Shown piece by piece: positions 1-14,129 of a stretch of DNA of 64,000 bases. The translations under genes and the position numbers were made by a program. The first letter of the stretch is position 1. Each line of letters starts with the position of its first letter. The DNA comes from Azolla caroliniana (lineage: Eukaryota > Plantae > Polypodiophyta). The notes below the pieces were generated by a model. It was not told the DNA's origin. It saw only the letters and a list, made by a program, of their open reading frames with translations, and did not search any database. The stretch covers positions 6,820,001 through 6,884,000 of the forward strand of contig JBHGNT010000003.1 in the NCBI GenBank assembly GCA_043228905.1, given 5' to 3'.

Positions 1-25
1 AGAGGAGGAATTAGGTGAGACTGTG

Positions 26-1532
26 ATGGAGAAGAATGGATCATATGACCGCAAATTGGTGACCAAAGAAGATAGAAGAATTAGTGCTAGACTTGGTTGG
101 ATTCCGAAGACTACAGTTGAGCCAAGTATGCAAGATTCAAGTATTCGCGATCAAGGGACACCGCAACTATCCAGGACAAGTGCTATTAATTCAGATTCTA
201 ATGGTCATCAAGCAAGTGATGATAAACACCTAATTGATGGAACAACCATTTCATCGAATTCTAACCCAATACTACGTACAAATTCCACAACCACACCTGA
301 TCAGAATGTAGTGACGAATAATAATAATACCTTGATACAGAAGTGCCCGATATGCCTTCGTTTCCAAGCATCATCAAATACCGCCTTGAATGCCCACATT
401 GATCACTGCCTTGCGTCGGCATCGCCAATGATGGCACTGGAGCCCGTCGTGTCTTCTGCCAATGACAAGACAAAAGCAAAATCAATTCAAAAGGTTAAAT
501 CCAGGAAGATCAAATGTCGGTCTATAGCTGAACTATGCGCCATTGACAATAATCGAGTCGCAGCTCTTACCGCGCGGAAATTGTGCCCCATTAATTATAC
601 AGACCTGAATCATCGCCATAATGATAGGCAACTTTCCGATGATCATGAGGATCTCGTGTTGAAAGCCAAACTAGACGTTGGAATGAATACAATGTCGCCC
701 ACGAACCGAATACATGATCACCGTCGGAAGCGATCAAAGGTTGGCACTGGACGGACTAGAAGCTCATCATTCGATCATGACTCACAGCTTAAGATCAAGG
801 AAAATATATCTCATGATCATTGTAGCAGAGATTCAGACAGTAGTCGCCATGATGATGATGATGATGATGATGATGGCGACGGCACTGATGATCATCAAAT
901 TATGAGTGAAGTGCGGTACAAATCTAGATCACAGGTGCAAGCATTGAAGTTGCTAATGCGGCGGCAGAAGCAGCTGAAGCAGGGGCTTACCGATCCATCT
1001 ACAACCTTAGTGAAGACTCCCAAGATTTCACCAATGTCAACAGTTGGGCCCGCAACCTGCAAGTTAATAGTAAGAAGATCTCACTATGCCCTTATACATT
1101 AGTCTTTTTAATGTAATCTTCTCTCATTACAATTTACAATTAACAAAAGTAAGTTGAACAATTAGTTTGAGCATTGAATATGTATTCAAATGGATGTATG
1201 CAGAATACATTTTCTTAAAGAGATAAGAAACACTAGGTATAGATAACACAAGAAATACATTCTCAGTCCATTGATGTTTGGACTACATAAAATCATTTTC
1301 TAATTGAGCGTTAGTACACAAGTGACAATACTGGATTGAACAATACTTTTTTGTGTCCACAAGATGTAAGAAGCTTGCTATTAGATATTTTAGCGAGTTT
1401 AACATTTTTGAGACTATCATAGTAGAGACCGGAAGAGGATTCGTATGTGCGCATGCACAGAACAGATCATTATGATAGTATCATTAGAAGTGAAGAGGAA
1501 TTGAAGTTGGTATATACATTAGCTAATATAAA

Positions 1533-1564
<32 letters not shown>

Positions 1565-4500
1565 CCTTCGAAAATGGATTTAAATAAAGAATCAGTTGTC
1601 TTACAGAGATTATCTCATGATGGTGATAGCATCATTAGAAGTGAAGAGGAATTGAAGTTGGTATGTACATTAGCTAATATAAATGAGAAATATATATATA
1701 TATATATATATAGCCTTAGAAAATGAATATAAATAAAGAATCAGTTGTCTTACAGAAGTAATCTGATGGTGGAAAGGGTTTGCACCAGTCACATGAAATA
1801 TGCATAAAAAAGCTGCAACATGTTTGAATATGTATTTGGAAGCTTAGAAAATTCGAAACATAGGGAAGATTGGAAACTTTAGATTTAGCTTGGTGAATAC
1901 TGTTAACATATACACCAACAAGCGACTCCGCCAAGTTAGAGTTGATGATCTCATACTATCGTCAATATAGCTTATGGAATCAGGATGTCACCTTTAGAAT
2001 CCATGTGGGTTCATATCGGTGGAACTAGAAGGGGCAACTAGGTGAAAGAACTGATGGGTAGTCTCTATAAACTTTAGTGAAGTTGGAATTAGAACCCATG
2101 ATGCCGTCGATAGAAGATTGTGCTGGTTGCGCTGTCTTCGCATTTTTCCATGTGCATGAATAGTGTTATATTCACACATCGTCAAAAGCATATCAAGGTG
2201 GAACTACATTCAAATCAGAAGAAACTGAAACTTGTGAATGGAGATATGGTTTTAATATTATGACGACACACTTTTGTGAAAGTTCCCCAACTTAGGGACA
2301 TAAATCTGAAAAGTGGGATGGTTTTGTGTGGAATTATTTGATGTATCTTACGAAAATTTTAGTGATATATGCAACATACTGATTAAGTTCACATCCTCTT
2401 ACGTTAATAGTATTGTTTGAAATTGGTATGAATACAAAAGACTGGTATTATCAATATCTTTAGAGCTGAATCCTTTTCAAGCCTTTGGTATTGGCATGAT
2501 GCCACGAAAAGGATCTAACAGGGAATAGTGGATTCTAGTCAGCCAGACAATCGAAGATTGATCTGATAAGACCTGCACAATATCCTTATTGCCAAGGATA
2601 ATTCAAAAACAAGGTAAGACATCACAATCACATAGCCAAGGATAATCTGAAATACATACATGAGTCAAAACAAATTTGTTTCCTTTTTCTGTTGCAAAAT
2701 ATTTGTATATCAACATGGACCAAATTCCATGCAAACAAAAGGAAGTGATATTGACTCGTATATTTCTTTATTCATATGACAAAATGTTTAGTGATTGTCT
2801 AGATCTATATGCTGCAATCATCAAAAACAATGCAATGTGACAGTCATTTGAAAAACCTTCTAACAATCCTCTCCATTCCAAAGCAAACTGCTACAAATAC
2901 AAGGACAATCCAGTCTGTATTCCGTTCTCCGGTTCACTATTTAGTCTTCGACTGTTCCAGAGAATTAGAACAGATGGAGTTATATATAGAAAAAAGACAT
3001 ACAGCTTTGGCTGCTACATAGCGATATCGCTGGTCAAATTTTATATCTTCAAACATTCATGATAACAATTAATTTGCTCCATTCCTAATAATTATATAGC
3101 CTAAGCAGAGCTGTTATTTTCTCTTTCAACAATTGACCTGTACGCTTTAGCCAACTATAACATCATTCATCTTCATATAAAAAATGTGTTTCCTTATGTA
3201 TGAAACAAAGGAAATGGATTTATCTAAGGCTGACTTGACTAAATCCTTTTGTTGTCTTCCCTCAGGATCAAAGCAAATGTCAGCTTGTCCCAAAATCAAT
3301 TACTCCGTCAAGCAGGTCAGTGCTGTCCCAGCAGTTTAAATCGAAGAGTACAAAGAATCTTAATGGGAAAAGGAGGGGAATCATCCCAGGTTCACATGAC
3401 AAAGAAACTGGAAGTGGGAAAAAGCAAAAGATACCAAAGATTCAGAACAGATTCCGTAAATCCAAGAAGAATGCCATTGAGTCCCTAAAAGCTACGGGGG
3501 TGGAGCTTAAAAAATCATCTAAGAAGACCCTGAAAAATGCCCGAGATGACCTGAATGGCAAAATAGGTCAACCTTGTAATAAGAATCTAGTTCAAGGCTC
3601 CTATAGGCAAATGCTTCAAGCCATTAGGGCTGATGCGCCAGCGATAGATCAAGCCACAGAACTGAGTTCTGCTTATCCAGACCTTTCGGCGAAGCGTTTG
3701 AAAACTGCAGGAAATACAGAATCAGCTGAATACTGCTGCAATCACAAGGATGCGAAACAATCCTCAAACATTCAACTAGCAATCACGGAGCACCGTCCAT
3801 GTGATCCAAACGTTAATCACAATGTAGAACATTCGACAGTTGATATGTGCAATGTCCAAGCACCAGTCAATGAAGTTAACCACCCAAAATCAGATGTGGA
3901 TCGTGCTATCGCATTGGAACAGTCCATAGTTAAACCACATGCTCTTGTAGATGAGATCTCTGAAGTACTAGAATGTACTGGCTCCATCAATCATCGATTG
4001 TTACCTGCAATTTCATCCATGAATATTGGTGCTGAAGTGACGATAGGTCAGGAGATGAGCAACAACATTGGGGTTTCTGCATTACCCGGATGCAATGCAT
4101 CTGCCTCACTTGATCCTCTTTTGGCCCTAAATTCTGGAGGACCACAACTGACTACGAGTGTGCCACCTTTGCAAGGATTGCACCACTCATGTCGTGATCC
4201 AACGGGGAACAATCATTCTTCAGATCAATTTACACCGCAGAAGTTGGACCTAATACAAAGGATAAGGTCTGCCCCTGGAACACTTGATAATCAAAGAATG
4301 CTGAAAGCTACTAGTTTCCCACCAGCTACAGTTGCCCACAATAAAAACTTCCAATATGCAACTGTCTCAAATCAATGTGAAGGAAACAACCAAAAGAACC
4401 ACTTATCACTCAATGACCAAGAAGACTACAGAGCACTTGTCCTAGTCAACTTGATCAATCCTATACAAACAAATGGAGTTGGCCACACATCAGCCCCAAT

Positions 4501-7500
4501 TACTATTAACCATGGACATCCAACAATGGAGCTTATCAAGACTACAGCTGCAGGTTTTTTGTTTTATTTTTGTTTCAAGATATCTTTCAATGGCATCTGC
4601 ACAATTTCTCTATTTTTCCTTCTCCCTTGTATTGGTTACATACATCTTTCAATGGTATCTGCACAATTTCTCTATTTTTCCTCTTCCCTTGTATTGGTTA
4701 CATACAGAAACTATTATTGTCTGCAGGAGGACACTCTGGAAATCATCCTACCTTGAATGAAACCCATTTCCCAAATCAAAGTTCTTCACGATTTGTTTTC
4801 CCAACAAATCATATTCCTATTCAGAATGTAGCCCAGCTTCATACTAGTGATCCAGTTGTTGGAACACATCAGGTATGCTTCTTGTGAACTACATGTTTTT
4901 TTGAACACATTTGATGCAAAAGTGTATGAAAACAAAGCCTGCCCAACTACAGGATGCCGAGTTAGGTTTTCCCAGAAGCCTACCTCCATGGATGGAAGCT
5001 GCAATCAAAGACACACAAGCACCATCATTTCCACCAGGAAATAACCCTGACAATTGCTCTACTTGTGCATCAGCGCTGAGATGCCCTATCAATACCGAAA
5101 CATCCAGAGCCTCTCCGGTCTTTGACATTAATGCAAAGCCAGTTCTCCGCCTCATGGGTAAAACCATGGTTCTTACACAAGGTGGAAATGGGCAAAACCA
5201 GGTGATTGACACAAGCTCTGGTTGGTTGGATAGTCGACAACCAAATCTAGAGTACATTAATTTTCCTCAGAAAAAGGGGCCTCAAGAACAGTATTGTGAT
5301 CACCTAGGAGTTCGGAATGTGAATCTACAGCAGCTAATCGACGGTCAAATTGGTAGGTTTCCAGCTTGATTAGTCTTCTTTTTCCTTTTACATAAGAAAC
5401 AGCTAAATTAGTATAAAAGACATTCAAGGAAACTCAAATGAAGTACATATATAAGTATGCTTGTCTGTCTCTGTATTGGAATGCATAGAAATCTATGAAT
5501 ATGTACAGACGTAGAAGATTTATGACTAGTACAAAAAACTAAACCTATGATCAGCGCGTATTGAAATGAAAGAACCCTGATTCTGGACAAAGGAACAAAA
5601 AGCTAGGAGTCATTGAGATAGGAAGATTTCCACATGTTTTCTAAGGTCGAACAATCAAAATGGATGATCTAGATGAAAAAGCTATTTTGCATTTGAGAGA
5701 TTGTATGAAGGGATGCGGTTTCTATTTAACACGAGAAAAGAATTTGACAATTTCACGTTTTCGTGCACATCATCTATTTTATATGCAAAGTAGGATTGGG
5801 GAGAGCTCTTCTTACCAGCGATTCGCTTGTACCAGCACAACGATATACACAGCCTGTGGAATTTGCTTGCACATTTCAAACAGGAGGCCAAAGTAGACAA
5901 ATTATTAGTGGCTCATCATCTCAAGAGGTTCAATATGCATCAAAGGTTATTACCCTCCAAACTCCTGTCTTTCATCAGGTGAATGCAAGAAACAATATGT
6001 ATATTGAACAAGGAGACCAGTTTCCATATCGATATTCGCATCATTCACATCAGCCAGCTCCAAGCACATCCTCAACCATACATACAACACGAACCGATGA
6101 TGCTTACCTTTGCTTTCAGCAACAGACTAGGCTGAAGGAACAGTCTTTCCATCATCCCCCTCATTCTTATCAGTATTCTTCTCATCCATCTCAATGTGAA
6201 GCCTTGAATACTCAACGAGACATCCAACAACACATTCATTCATCATCACAACCTCGATTAGACACTGGAAGAGTTAGCAAATCTTCTGTGAATACTTCGG
6301 TGGACATACAAGGCACAATGATGAACAACCCTCAAACAGTGAATATGAGTAGTAATAGTAGCAAGTGTAGTACTACTACCAACTGTCATTATCCCTCGTG
6401 CTGGCTGCCCAATGCAGAAAAGAAGTATTACAAGGTTAACCAACCTGCCGAAGTAGTCGTCATAGATGATGAAGACATTACTAACATCAGCTCTATCAGT
6501 AAGTCGATTCCAAGGCTCTTTGGACAAGATTTAAATCCCATGGGTATAACTTGCCGGCCACAAAACACAATTAATGGCGCTCATCCGTCTCTGAGAGAAA
6601 CATTAATAGAACCAGGTAAGGGTTCCATTGCTTGATGAAAATCATTATAGCTATATATGTATACACATAAATAGATAATCAAGGGATTCCTTGTGTTCTA
6701 TATCCGGGCATATTTGATAAAACCCATCAGAATATCCTGCATTCTCCCATTTGAAATAAAATGAATTATATCTCTAGTTTCAAATGATGCCATATAGCAT
6801 ACCATTCGTAGAGATCTTGATGAAGATATGATTCTCTAGACTTCTCATACTCAAGGTATTTTAGAAACAATGTCATCTAACCCTTTTCCCAAATGATCTA
6901 AGAATGTAATTTGTTTTTATTTTATAGGACACTTCATCCAAAAGAGATTCGTACACAACTTATCAACAGATCATGTGATTGGTTCCACCATACAAAATAA
7001 TATTATGTGTGGATTGAAGCCGTCGAGGCCACAAGAAATTGCACCAGATTATTGTCATGATGGTCTCCCATCCAGAGGCATGGGTGAGAACTTCGGGATG
7101 GTCATAAACCCAAAGAAGAGAGCAAATAATAGTACGTATTCTGTACAATTAGGTGGAAGAAAGTGCACCACGAAGAGCAATAAACAAGTATTCGTGTCGT
7201 CAAGTGTTAACGGGAGTGGCCCCTTTGGCCACCATGTAGTTCAAAGGAAGCCCAATAGTTCTGCCCCTTGCAACAGGAAACAGAAAAGGAAAGCGAGCAA
7301 TGGCTCAAATCCCATTCGCATAATTAGCAATGCCATGAACGATGCACCTAATTATGCTTTCTTCAATGCACATACAATATCAGACCTTGCTAATTCTCCT
7401 CTAAACTCGGAAGGAAATTTAGTGGAGAAATGTAGTGTAAACATGAACCCAGCAGAAGTGGATTGTCAAGATCCAAGTCAATTCATGTGTACTCCATCCA

Positions 7501-7658
7501 TTATTAACAAGACGGCTACACAACAAGGAGATTGTATGGAAGAATCAAGGTTTATGAATAACCTAACCGGACTATCGTCAAGTCTCCAAACTATAACGAA
7601 AACAACAAGGAATCGGTTTCAATTCCCAATTACTTGGAGCTGCAATGCTGATGCTTAA
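26..7658 (+). CDS. Multi-exon HAPLESS8/At5g56240-like protein with a UBZ4-type zinc finger; inferred exons 26-1069, 3266-4553, 4727-4872, 4953-5352, 5794-6615, 6928-7658
   Basis: Zinc finger CPICLRFQASSNTALNAHIDHCL in exon 1 and family motif PVLRLMGK in exon 4. GT-AG splice sites join the six ORF pieces with matching phases (0,1,0,1,1), ending at TAA 7656-7658. The exon-1 donor is least certain, and small exons may be missed in intron 1. Confidence 0.75.
1480..1757. repeat. Intronic tandem duplication (~150 bp x2), each copy carrying a (TA)n tract
   Basis: ATCATTAGAAGTGAAGAGGAATTGAAG...AATCAGTTGTCTTACAGA occurs at 1480 and 1631. Confidence 0.9.
4582..4705. repeat. Intronic tandem duplication (~62 bp x2)
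   Basis: ATCTTTCAATGG(C/T)ATCTGCACAATTTCTCTATTTTTCC...GGTTACATAC occurs twice inside intron 4554-4726. Confidence 0.9.
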
Positions 7659-7729
7659 AAATAGATGTAATTTAGATCAACCAATGCAAAAAATAGCTGG
7701 AAATAAACCAAATTCAGCACAAGCAAATA

Positions 7730-7965
7730 ACTGAATGTATCTCTTGCCAAAGGGGAGAATGCCGTAGCTGAATGTATCTTCTGCTGAAGGGGAGGCTGCC
7801 ATAACTGAACAACAGATCTGCTGACGGACCGCTTCCACACTTGAATTGATCTGCTGAAGGCCCAATTACCAATAACTGAATGTGTGATGTGCTGAAGGAA
7901 GGTCAAGAACCAATACCTGAATGTGTGATGTGCTGAAGGAAGGTCAAGAACCAATACCTGAATAT
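7730..7965. repeat. Degenerate ~37-42 bp tandem repeats in the putative 3' UTR
   Basis: CTGAATGT...GCTGAAGG units, including an exact duplicate of CTGAATGTGTGATGTGCTGAAGGAAGGTCAAGAACCAATAC. Confidence 0.8.
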
Positions 7966-9594
7966 GTGCTCTGGTTGAATGGGTTGTTAATCTGATGTTT
8001 GTTGTAGCTCTAAATTTGTATTGCATAACATGACTATATGAGGCCTTTTTATGGATGACAAATGATAATGATGATTATCATTAGACTACAGTGATGTTGT
8101 AAGGTTAAAAAAAGAAGAGAAATAAAACACATTTTCTTGAGAAATCGGGGAAGTTTTAAGGGCTATTATTTTGGTAAACATTTCCTTCATTTGATTCTTC
8201 ATGGCTTTCATTTTATTATGTGGTTTTCTTCAAAAATCTTTTGCAATGTATATTCACTCTTCTTCGATTGGTATGTTAAGAAAGTATTATCCAGCTGAAA
8301 TACTTAAGGTCTGCCATGTACTTGACAAAAATCCAACTGGGGTGGGGGGCCTATAGATGGGGACTTGACACAAGCCTTTTGTTTTGCAATTTCCTGCCCC
8401 AAATTTGGCCTTAGAAGATGTTAATATATCTTTCTTTCTTACTTTTATTCTTTCAAGAAGGAAGAGAGTGGGGGGTGCCGTTTCTATTATACGTAAACCT
8501 TTCTATGTCACATTCTAAGAGGTGTGGGTAAACCTAATATGTAAAGGCAAGGAATTAAGGGATTTTACCCTAGTGATGGGTGGTACTTTGGTGGAGCTTA
8601 CAATTGAATGAGCACTAACCTTTCACTCTTTTGTCTAGATTTCTTACACATACTTAGGTCGAATGAGATGGTGGTATGATGTGCACGATTGTCATATATT
8701 AAAATCTTGGATGGGACATAAGCCAAACACTGTTTTGGTATGCATATACATTATTGGTCATGAATCAACAACATATCGTCGTCGGGCAGGCAGGGTTTTC
8801 CTATATAGAACCAGAGTTTTACATGAGGTCCACATATTGTTCTGTAAAGCCGACGGGCACGTGGGCATTTCAGGACTCAAGCATTGGGCATTCTAGGAAA
8901 GAAAGATTATACATTTATGTCTATTTTCTTTGAATAGGACAACAGGCAAAGCAGAAAAACAAACTTTAGGGTTTTCCTTCTTCTTTTCCAAACAACTTTA
9001 GGGTTTTCCTTTATGTTACCATATCATCATAATAATAATAATAATGAATTGATTTTATGTGGTAGCATTGTCACAATTTGACTTGATTTAGATATGTATT
9101 GTTTTACCACACATTATGTGAGCCTTTATTATTTGATAAGACATACATGTACATATGTAGTATATATATATATGAAGCTTTCCCGTGCAATGAATTGAAT
9201 GCATTTACTTTCGTTTACTTTGGTTTTTCATACGCAATTTCCAATGCTCCGTTTTTAATCTCTGAAAACCCTAGCTCAATAAATAAAATCAAAACGCCCA
9301 ATGTACATATACGAAACAGAACAACTTTGAACCTCTTTATGCATTAATTTTAGACCTAAATTATAGTTTTAGTGGTTTTTTACCTTGATCAATCTTGCTT
9401 CAAGTTCAAATTATTTTGCAAGTCTTTAATTCCTATACTTGTTATTAATTAGTTATAGATATTGCGATTTCAATTTAATCAGAGCATACATGATTGACAT
9501 AGGTGACATCTTCCGATGGAGCACTTGATGAGTACACTACTATGAGACAACAATAAAAAATGATGAAGACTAAGGTATATACCTTCTTTCATTT

Positions 9595-10078
9595 GAAGGC
9601 AGTAATCGATCCTTAACATGATCCAAGATACTATTCAAATTTGTTTGCGAGACCAAATTATGAAAAGAAATGAAGTATATAAATTTTAATATTGAATTGT
9701 GATTATTGTAATTGGGATAAAATCATTAACATATTCCATGATAAATGGAGGCAGTAATCGATCCTTAACATGATCCAAGATACTTGTTCAAATTTGTTTG
9801 CAAGACCAATGAAATGAAATTCAAATTTGTTTGCGAGACCAAATTATGAAAAGAAATGAAGCATATAAATTTTAATATTGAATTGTGATTATTGTAATTG
9901 GGATAAAATCATTAACATATTCCATGATAAATGAAGGCAGTAATCGATCCTTAACATGATCTAAGATACTAGTTCAAATTTGTTTTGCAAGACCAATGAA
10001 AAGAAATTAAGTATACAAATTTTAATATTGAATTGTGATTATTGTAATTGGGGTAAAATCATTAAACATATTCCATGG
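9595..10078. repeat. Tandem repeat, ~150-185 bp unit x3
   Basis: GGCAGTAATCGATCCTTAACATGATC...ATATTCCATG recurs at ~9595, ~9748 and ~9933. Confidence 0.9.
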
Positions 10079-10469
10079 ATTTATCGTATAGGACATCTTC
10101 CACTAATTCCTCAACCATGTCTGCATTCTTTTGATCCTCCTCGTTATGTTGGACGGTGCAGGAAATCTAAAAGTCTACGTCGTTCTCATTGACAGTAGTA
10201 TTCATCATTAAAAACTGGTAATGAATGTGGAAGTAGGGATTTAATACCAATTTAGTATATGAAAAATCACGGTGAAGATTAACTCAGTGTCCGGATGAAA
10301 AATCATGCTGAAGATTAACTACTTTCTATATAGAAGATCAAATACATCTACTGAGCTAGGATTATTCTCTAGTTTTGGACACTGTGGGAATGAAATGATG
10401 TATGTATAGGAAAGGCGGATGAATGCATGCGGGATTAATATACATATATGACCGAATGACCGATGGATA

Positions 10470-10865
10470 TAGATATATTTAGATTTTAACTATGTATCTG
10501 AAGAAATGAATTGCCACTGTGATTGAGTCTATGTTATTAGATATATTTAGATTTAACTGTGTATCTTAAGAAATTAATTGACACTGTGATTGAGTCTATG
10601 TTATTATATATATTTAGATTTGACTGTGTATCTTAAAAAATTAATTGACACTGTCATTGAGTCTGTGTTATTAGATAATATTTAGATTTAACTGTGCACC
10701 TTAAGAAATTAATTGACACTGTCATTGAGTCTATGTTATTAGATATATTTAGATTTAACTGTATATCTTACAAAATTAATTGCCACTGTTATTGAGTCTA
10801 TGTTATTACATATATTTGGATTTAACTGTGTATCTTAACAAAATTAATTGATACTGTTATTGAGT
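10470..10865. repeat. Minisatellite, ~67 bp x6
   Basis: AGATATATTTAGATTTAACTGTGTATCTTAAGAAATTAATTGACACTGT(G/C/T)ATTGAGTCTATGTTATT repeated with substitutions. Confidence 0.92.
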
Positions 10866-11207
10866 TTATCTTTACCCGGACTTGGCGATGAATTGCAATG
10901 AAATCACAAGCCCATTAGATTGAGGAGGAAGTTTTGTATCATCAGTAGATAGATTGGAGATAATATAAGAGCTTCTGAGATTCAAGACAAATATCACTTT
11001 GTATCATGGGAATACTTTGTATCATGAGATTCAGAATCATAGAGAAAAGCCAACAAACATATTCTTGGTTTGCAAATAGCTGTTTTCCGGGTAAGAATGG
11101 AGTCTATCATATTAATGGGGATCATATTTTTTAAGCTAACAAGGATGTAGTGGGCAGGAGGTGTCTTGTCACGTCGCATGTATGGGCTATAGATTGATTC
11201 TTATCAA

Positions 11208-11690
11208 GTTAGTAGTTGGTAGTTGGCAGTTGGTAGTTGACAGTTAGTAGTTAGTAATAGTTCTTAGTAGTTTGTAGTTAGTAGTTTGTAGTTAGTAGTT
11301 AGTAGTTAGTAGTTAGTAGTTAGTAATAGTTCTTACTACTTAGTAGTTAGTAGTTAGTAGTTAGTAATAGCTCTTAGTAGTTAGTAGTTAGTAATAACTC
11401 TTAGTAGTTAGTAGTTAGTAGTTAGTAATAGCTCTTAGTAGTTAGTAGTTAGTAATAACTCTTAGTAGTTAGTAGTTAGTAGTTAGTAGTTAGTAATAGC
11501 TCTTAGTAGTTAGTAGTTAGTAGTTAGTAGTTAGTAATAGCTCTTAGTAGTTAGTAGTTAGTAGTTAGTAATAGCTCTTAGTAGTTAGTAGTTAGTAGTT
11601 AGTAATAGCTCTTAGTAGTTAGTAGTTAGTAGTTTAGTAGTTAGTAGTTTAGTAGTTAGTAGTTAGTAGTTAGTAGTTAGCAGTTAATAG
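11208..11690. repeat. (TTAGTAG)n heptamer array with periodic TTAGTAATAGCTC interruptions
   Basis: Direct reading: ~480 bp of 7-mer units with higher-order periodicity. Confidence 0.95.
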
Positions 11691-11708
11691 TTATTAATCG
11701 ATTATTAT

Positions 11709-11875
11709 TAGATTATCCCATTAATGGAGCGTAAATCACTGACAATTTCATCACTTCTACGAAGAAGAATCATCACATTTATCTGTCAATGTATAACTTT
11801 TTAGATTATCCCATTAATGGAGCTTAAATCATTGACAATTTCATCACTTTGATGAAGAATAATCACATTTATCTG
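11709..11875. repeat. Tandem duplication, ~93 bp x2
   Basis: TAGATTATCCCATTAATGGAGC...ATCACATTTATCTGT occurs at ~11709 and ~11802. Confidence 0.85.
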
Positions 11876-12802
11876 TGGGGTTTGTGGATCAGATCATCAG
11901 AAAAATAACAGACTTAATGCAATCAAGTGTGCTACTATAAACCAAAATTATGTTATTATAGAGGATGGTCAATGGCTATGGAGGCTCAATGTGAGGAATC
12001 GTAACATCACGATCTCGATTAAACCTAAAAAATGCGATACCCAAATCTCTGGAATATAACTCCATTTGACATGAAATGCTAATCCCATCCCTGAATTCTA
12101 CGCAATAAATTGTGCCATTTTTCATGGGTTTTTTTGAAATTTTTTACTATTATACATACCCCAGTTGACTCAAATTGCATACAATCATAGAATATTCAGC
12201 TACTGGATCGCACTATTGACATACCCCAGTTGATTCAATTGCATACAAATTACAATCATAGATTCAATATTCTGCACAATTATTCATCCTAAAACTCGAG
12301 TCAATTTTGTATATGGAGAGATGCAATTACACAGAGCTTGCATATTATTTCCATTGTAATGCATGCATGAATTTGAATATAAATGAGCTATACCGCTGCA
12401 GTGAATTAGCATTAAGGAATTGCATAACTATTTAATAAGCAGAAATCAATAATTAGCTATAAATAATGTGATTGATGTTGATATAATCCCTTACTGATTA
12501 GTCCTGTAATTAAAAGTCATTATCATTCTAGGTATACGCTGCATCTAGCGTTAATAGTAGGCATTAATGAGAATGCCCAAATAATTATATGGTAGCAGCC
12601 CATACTAATTACTGACATAATGCTGATATTGCCACTAATCATTCAATAATCATGGTGCTCATCATAATCACTAGGCAACTAATCACATTGCTAATTCTTG
12701 TGATTACCAGTAATCACAATGCTAATTCTTCACAATGGAGGCCATCAATTCTCTGATTATCGGAACATCCTCAACTATTCGACCTTCTTCTTCCACCATC
12801 AC

Positions 12803-13277
12803 TCGGATCAATGTCATTATAAGAAATTAAATCTATTATTTTTGTATCGAGAAATCATCTGGCATGAATTGATCTATTCGATAGAGTCCTTTGATTTCGT
12901 AAAAATGTAAGAGTTCCTCGGATCAATGTCATTATAAGAAATTATGTATTATTTTTGTATCGAGAGATCATCTCGCATGAATTGATCTATTCGATCGAGT
13001 CCTTTGATTTCGTAAAAATATTTAAGAGTTCCTCCGATCAATGTCATTATAAGGAATTATGTATTATTTTTGTATCGAGATATCATATGGCATGAATTGA
13101 TCTATTCGATAGAGTCCTTTGATTTCGTAAAAATGTAAGAGCTCCGCAGATCAATGTCATTATAAGAAATTATATATTATTTTTGTATCGAGAGATCATC
13201 TGACATGAATTGATCTATTCGACAGACTTTGATTTCGTAAAAATATAAGAGTTCCTCGGATCAATGTCATTATAAGA
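12803..13277. repeat. Tandem repeat, ~115 bp x4 plus a partial unit
   Basis: GATCAATGTCATTATAAG...GCATGAATTGATCTATTCGA...GATTTCGTAAAAAT repeated. Confidence 0.92.
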
Positions 13278-14129
13278 TGCTCTAAGAATGTCGAAAAAAC
13301 TGCACCAGGCTCCTTGTCGTGGTCAAATAGCTCATTTGTTTGGGGTTAAGGACTTGGCCTTATAACTTGACCAACCAAAAGAAAGGTCAAGCACATTTTG
13401 ACTTCTTCATGTTTGAAAAAGAAAGAAAATCTTTATTGAAAGAGGAGACACTTGACCAACAAAAACAAAAGGTCAAGCACATTTTGGATTCTTCATGTTT
13501 TGAAAAAGAAAGAAAGAAAGAAAGAGCTTCATTGAAACATGGCACAAGAGATGCATTACAAATACAAGCAATGAGAATGAAGAAGAAGAAGTAGTAGTAG
13601 TAGTAGATCAAGAAGACATGATATGGAAAGAAAACAAAACAAGGATTTTTACAAGCAACTGGACCAAAAACAAACTTTGGAGTGAGTCAAAAGAAAGAGA
13701 AGGCTTTTGATAGTATACAACAGACAAATTGTTAAAGCAAAGGAAAAAACAAAATATGCAAGCCTTAATATGAAAGGCAATTAATTATGGAAGGCAAACA
13801 TTGAAAGAGTGTGTGGCCTTATCACTTGCTAGAAGTAGTAAGTAGTAGTAATAATTTATGAAGTAGGCAGTAGTAGTAATTTATGAAGTAGTAAGTAGTC
13901 ATAATTTATGAAGTAGCTAGTAGAAGTAGTAGTAATAGTAATAGTAATTTATGAAGTAGTTAGTATAGTGGTTAAGTATTAGTAATTTATGAAGTAGTTA
14001 AGTAGTTAAGTAGTTAAGTAATAATGGGTTAGTGTAGTAGTGGTTAGTATCCTCTCTTCTCTCTACTCACGTGGGTTGGAAACTTTCCCAATTAAGTAGA
14101 CAAAAACTTAATAATTTCATGCTATTAAG

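Noticed and set aside
2465-2613. Possible extra exon in intron 1 ending at a strong AAG|GTAAGA donor
   Set aside because: The frame needed to join exon 3266 in phase 0 has a TAA at 2599-2601.
11208-11690. Interstitial telomere
   Set aside because: The unit is TTAGTAG, not TTTAGGG or TTAGGG; it is kept only as an unusual satellite.
9595-13277. Regularly spaced repeats resembling CRISPR arrays (also 31043-31330)
   Set aside because: The units are head-to-tail with no unique spacers, there are no cas genes, and the context is eukaryotic.
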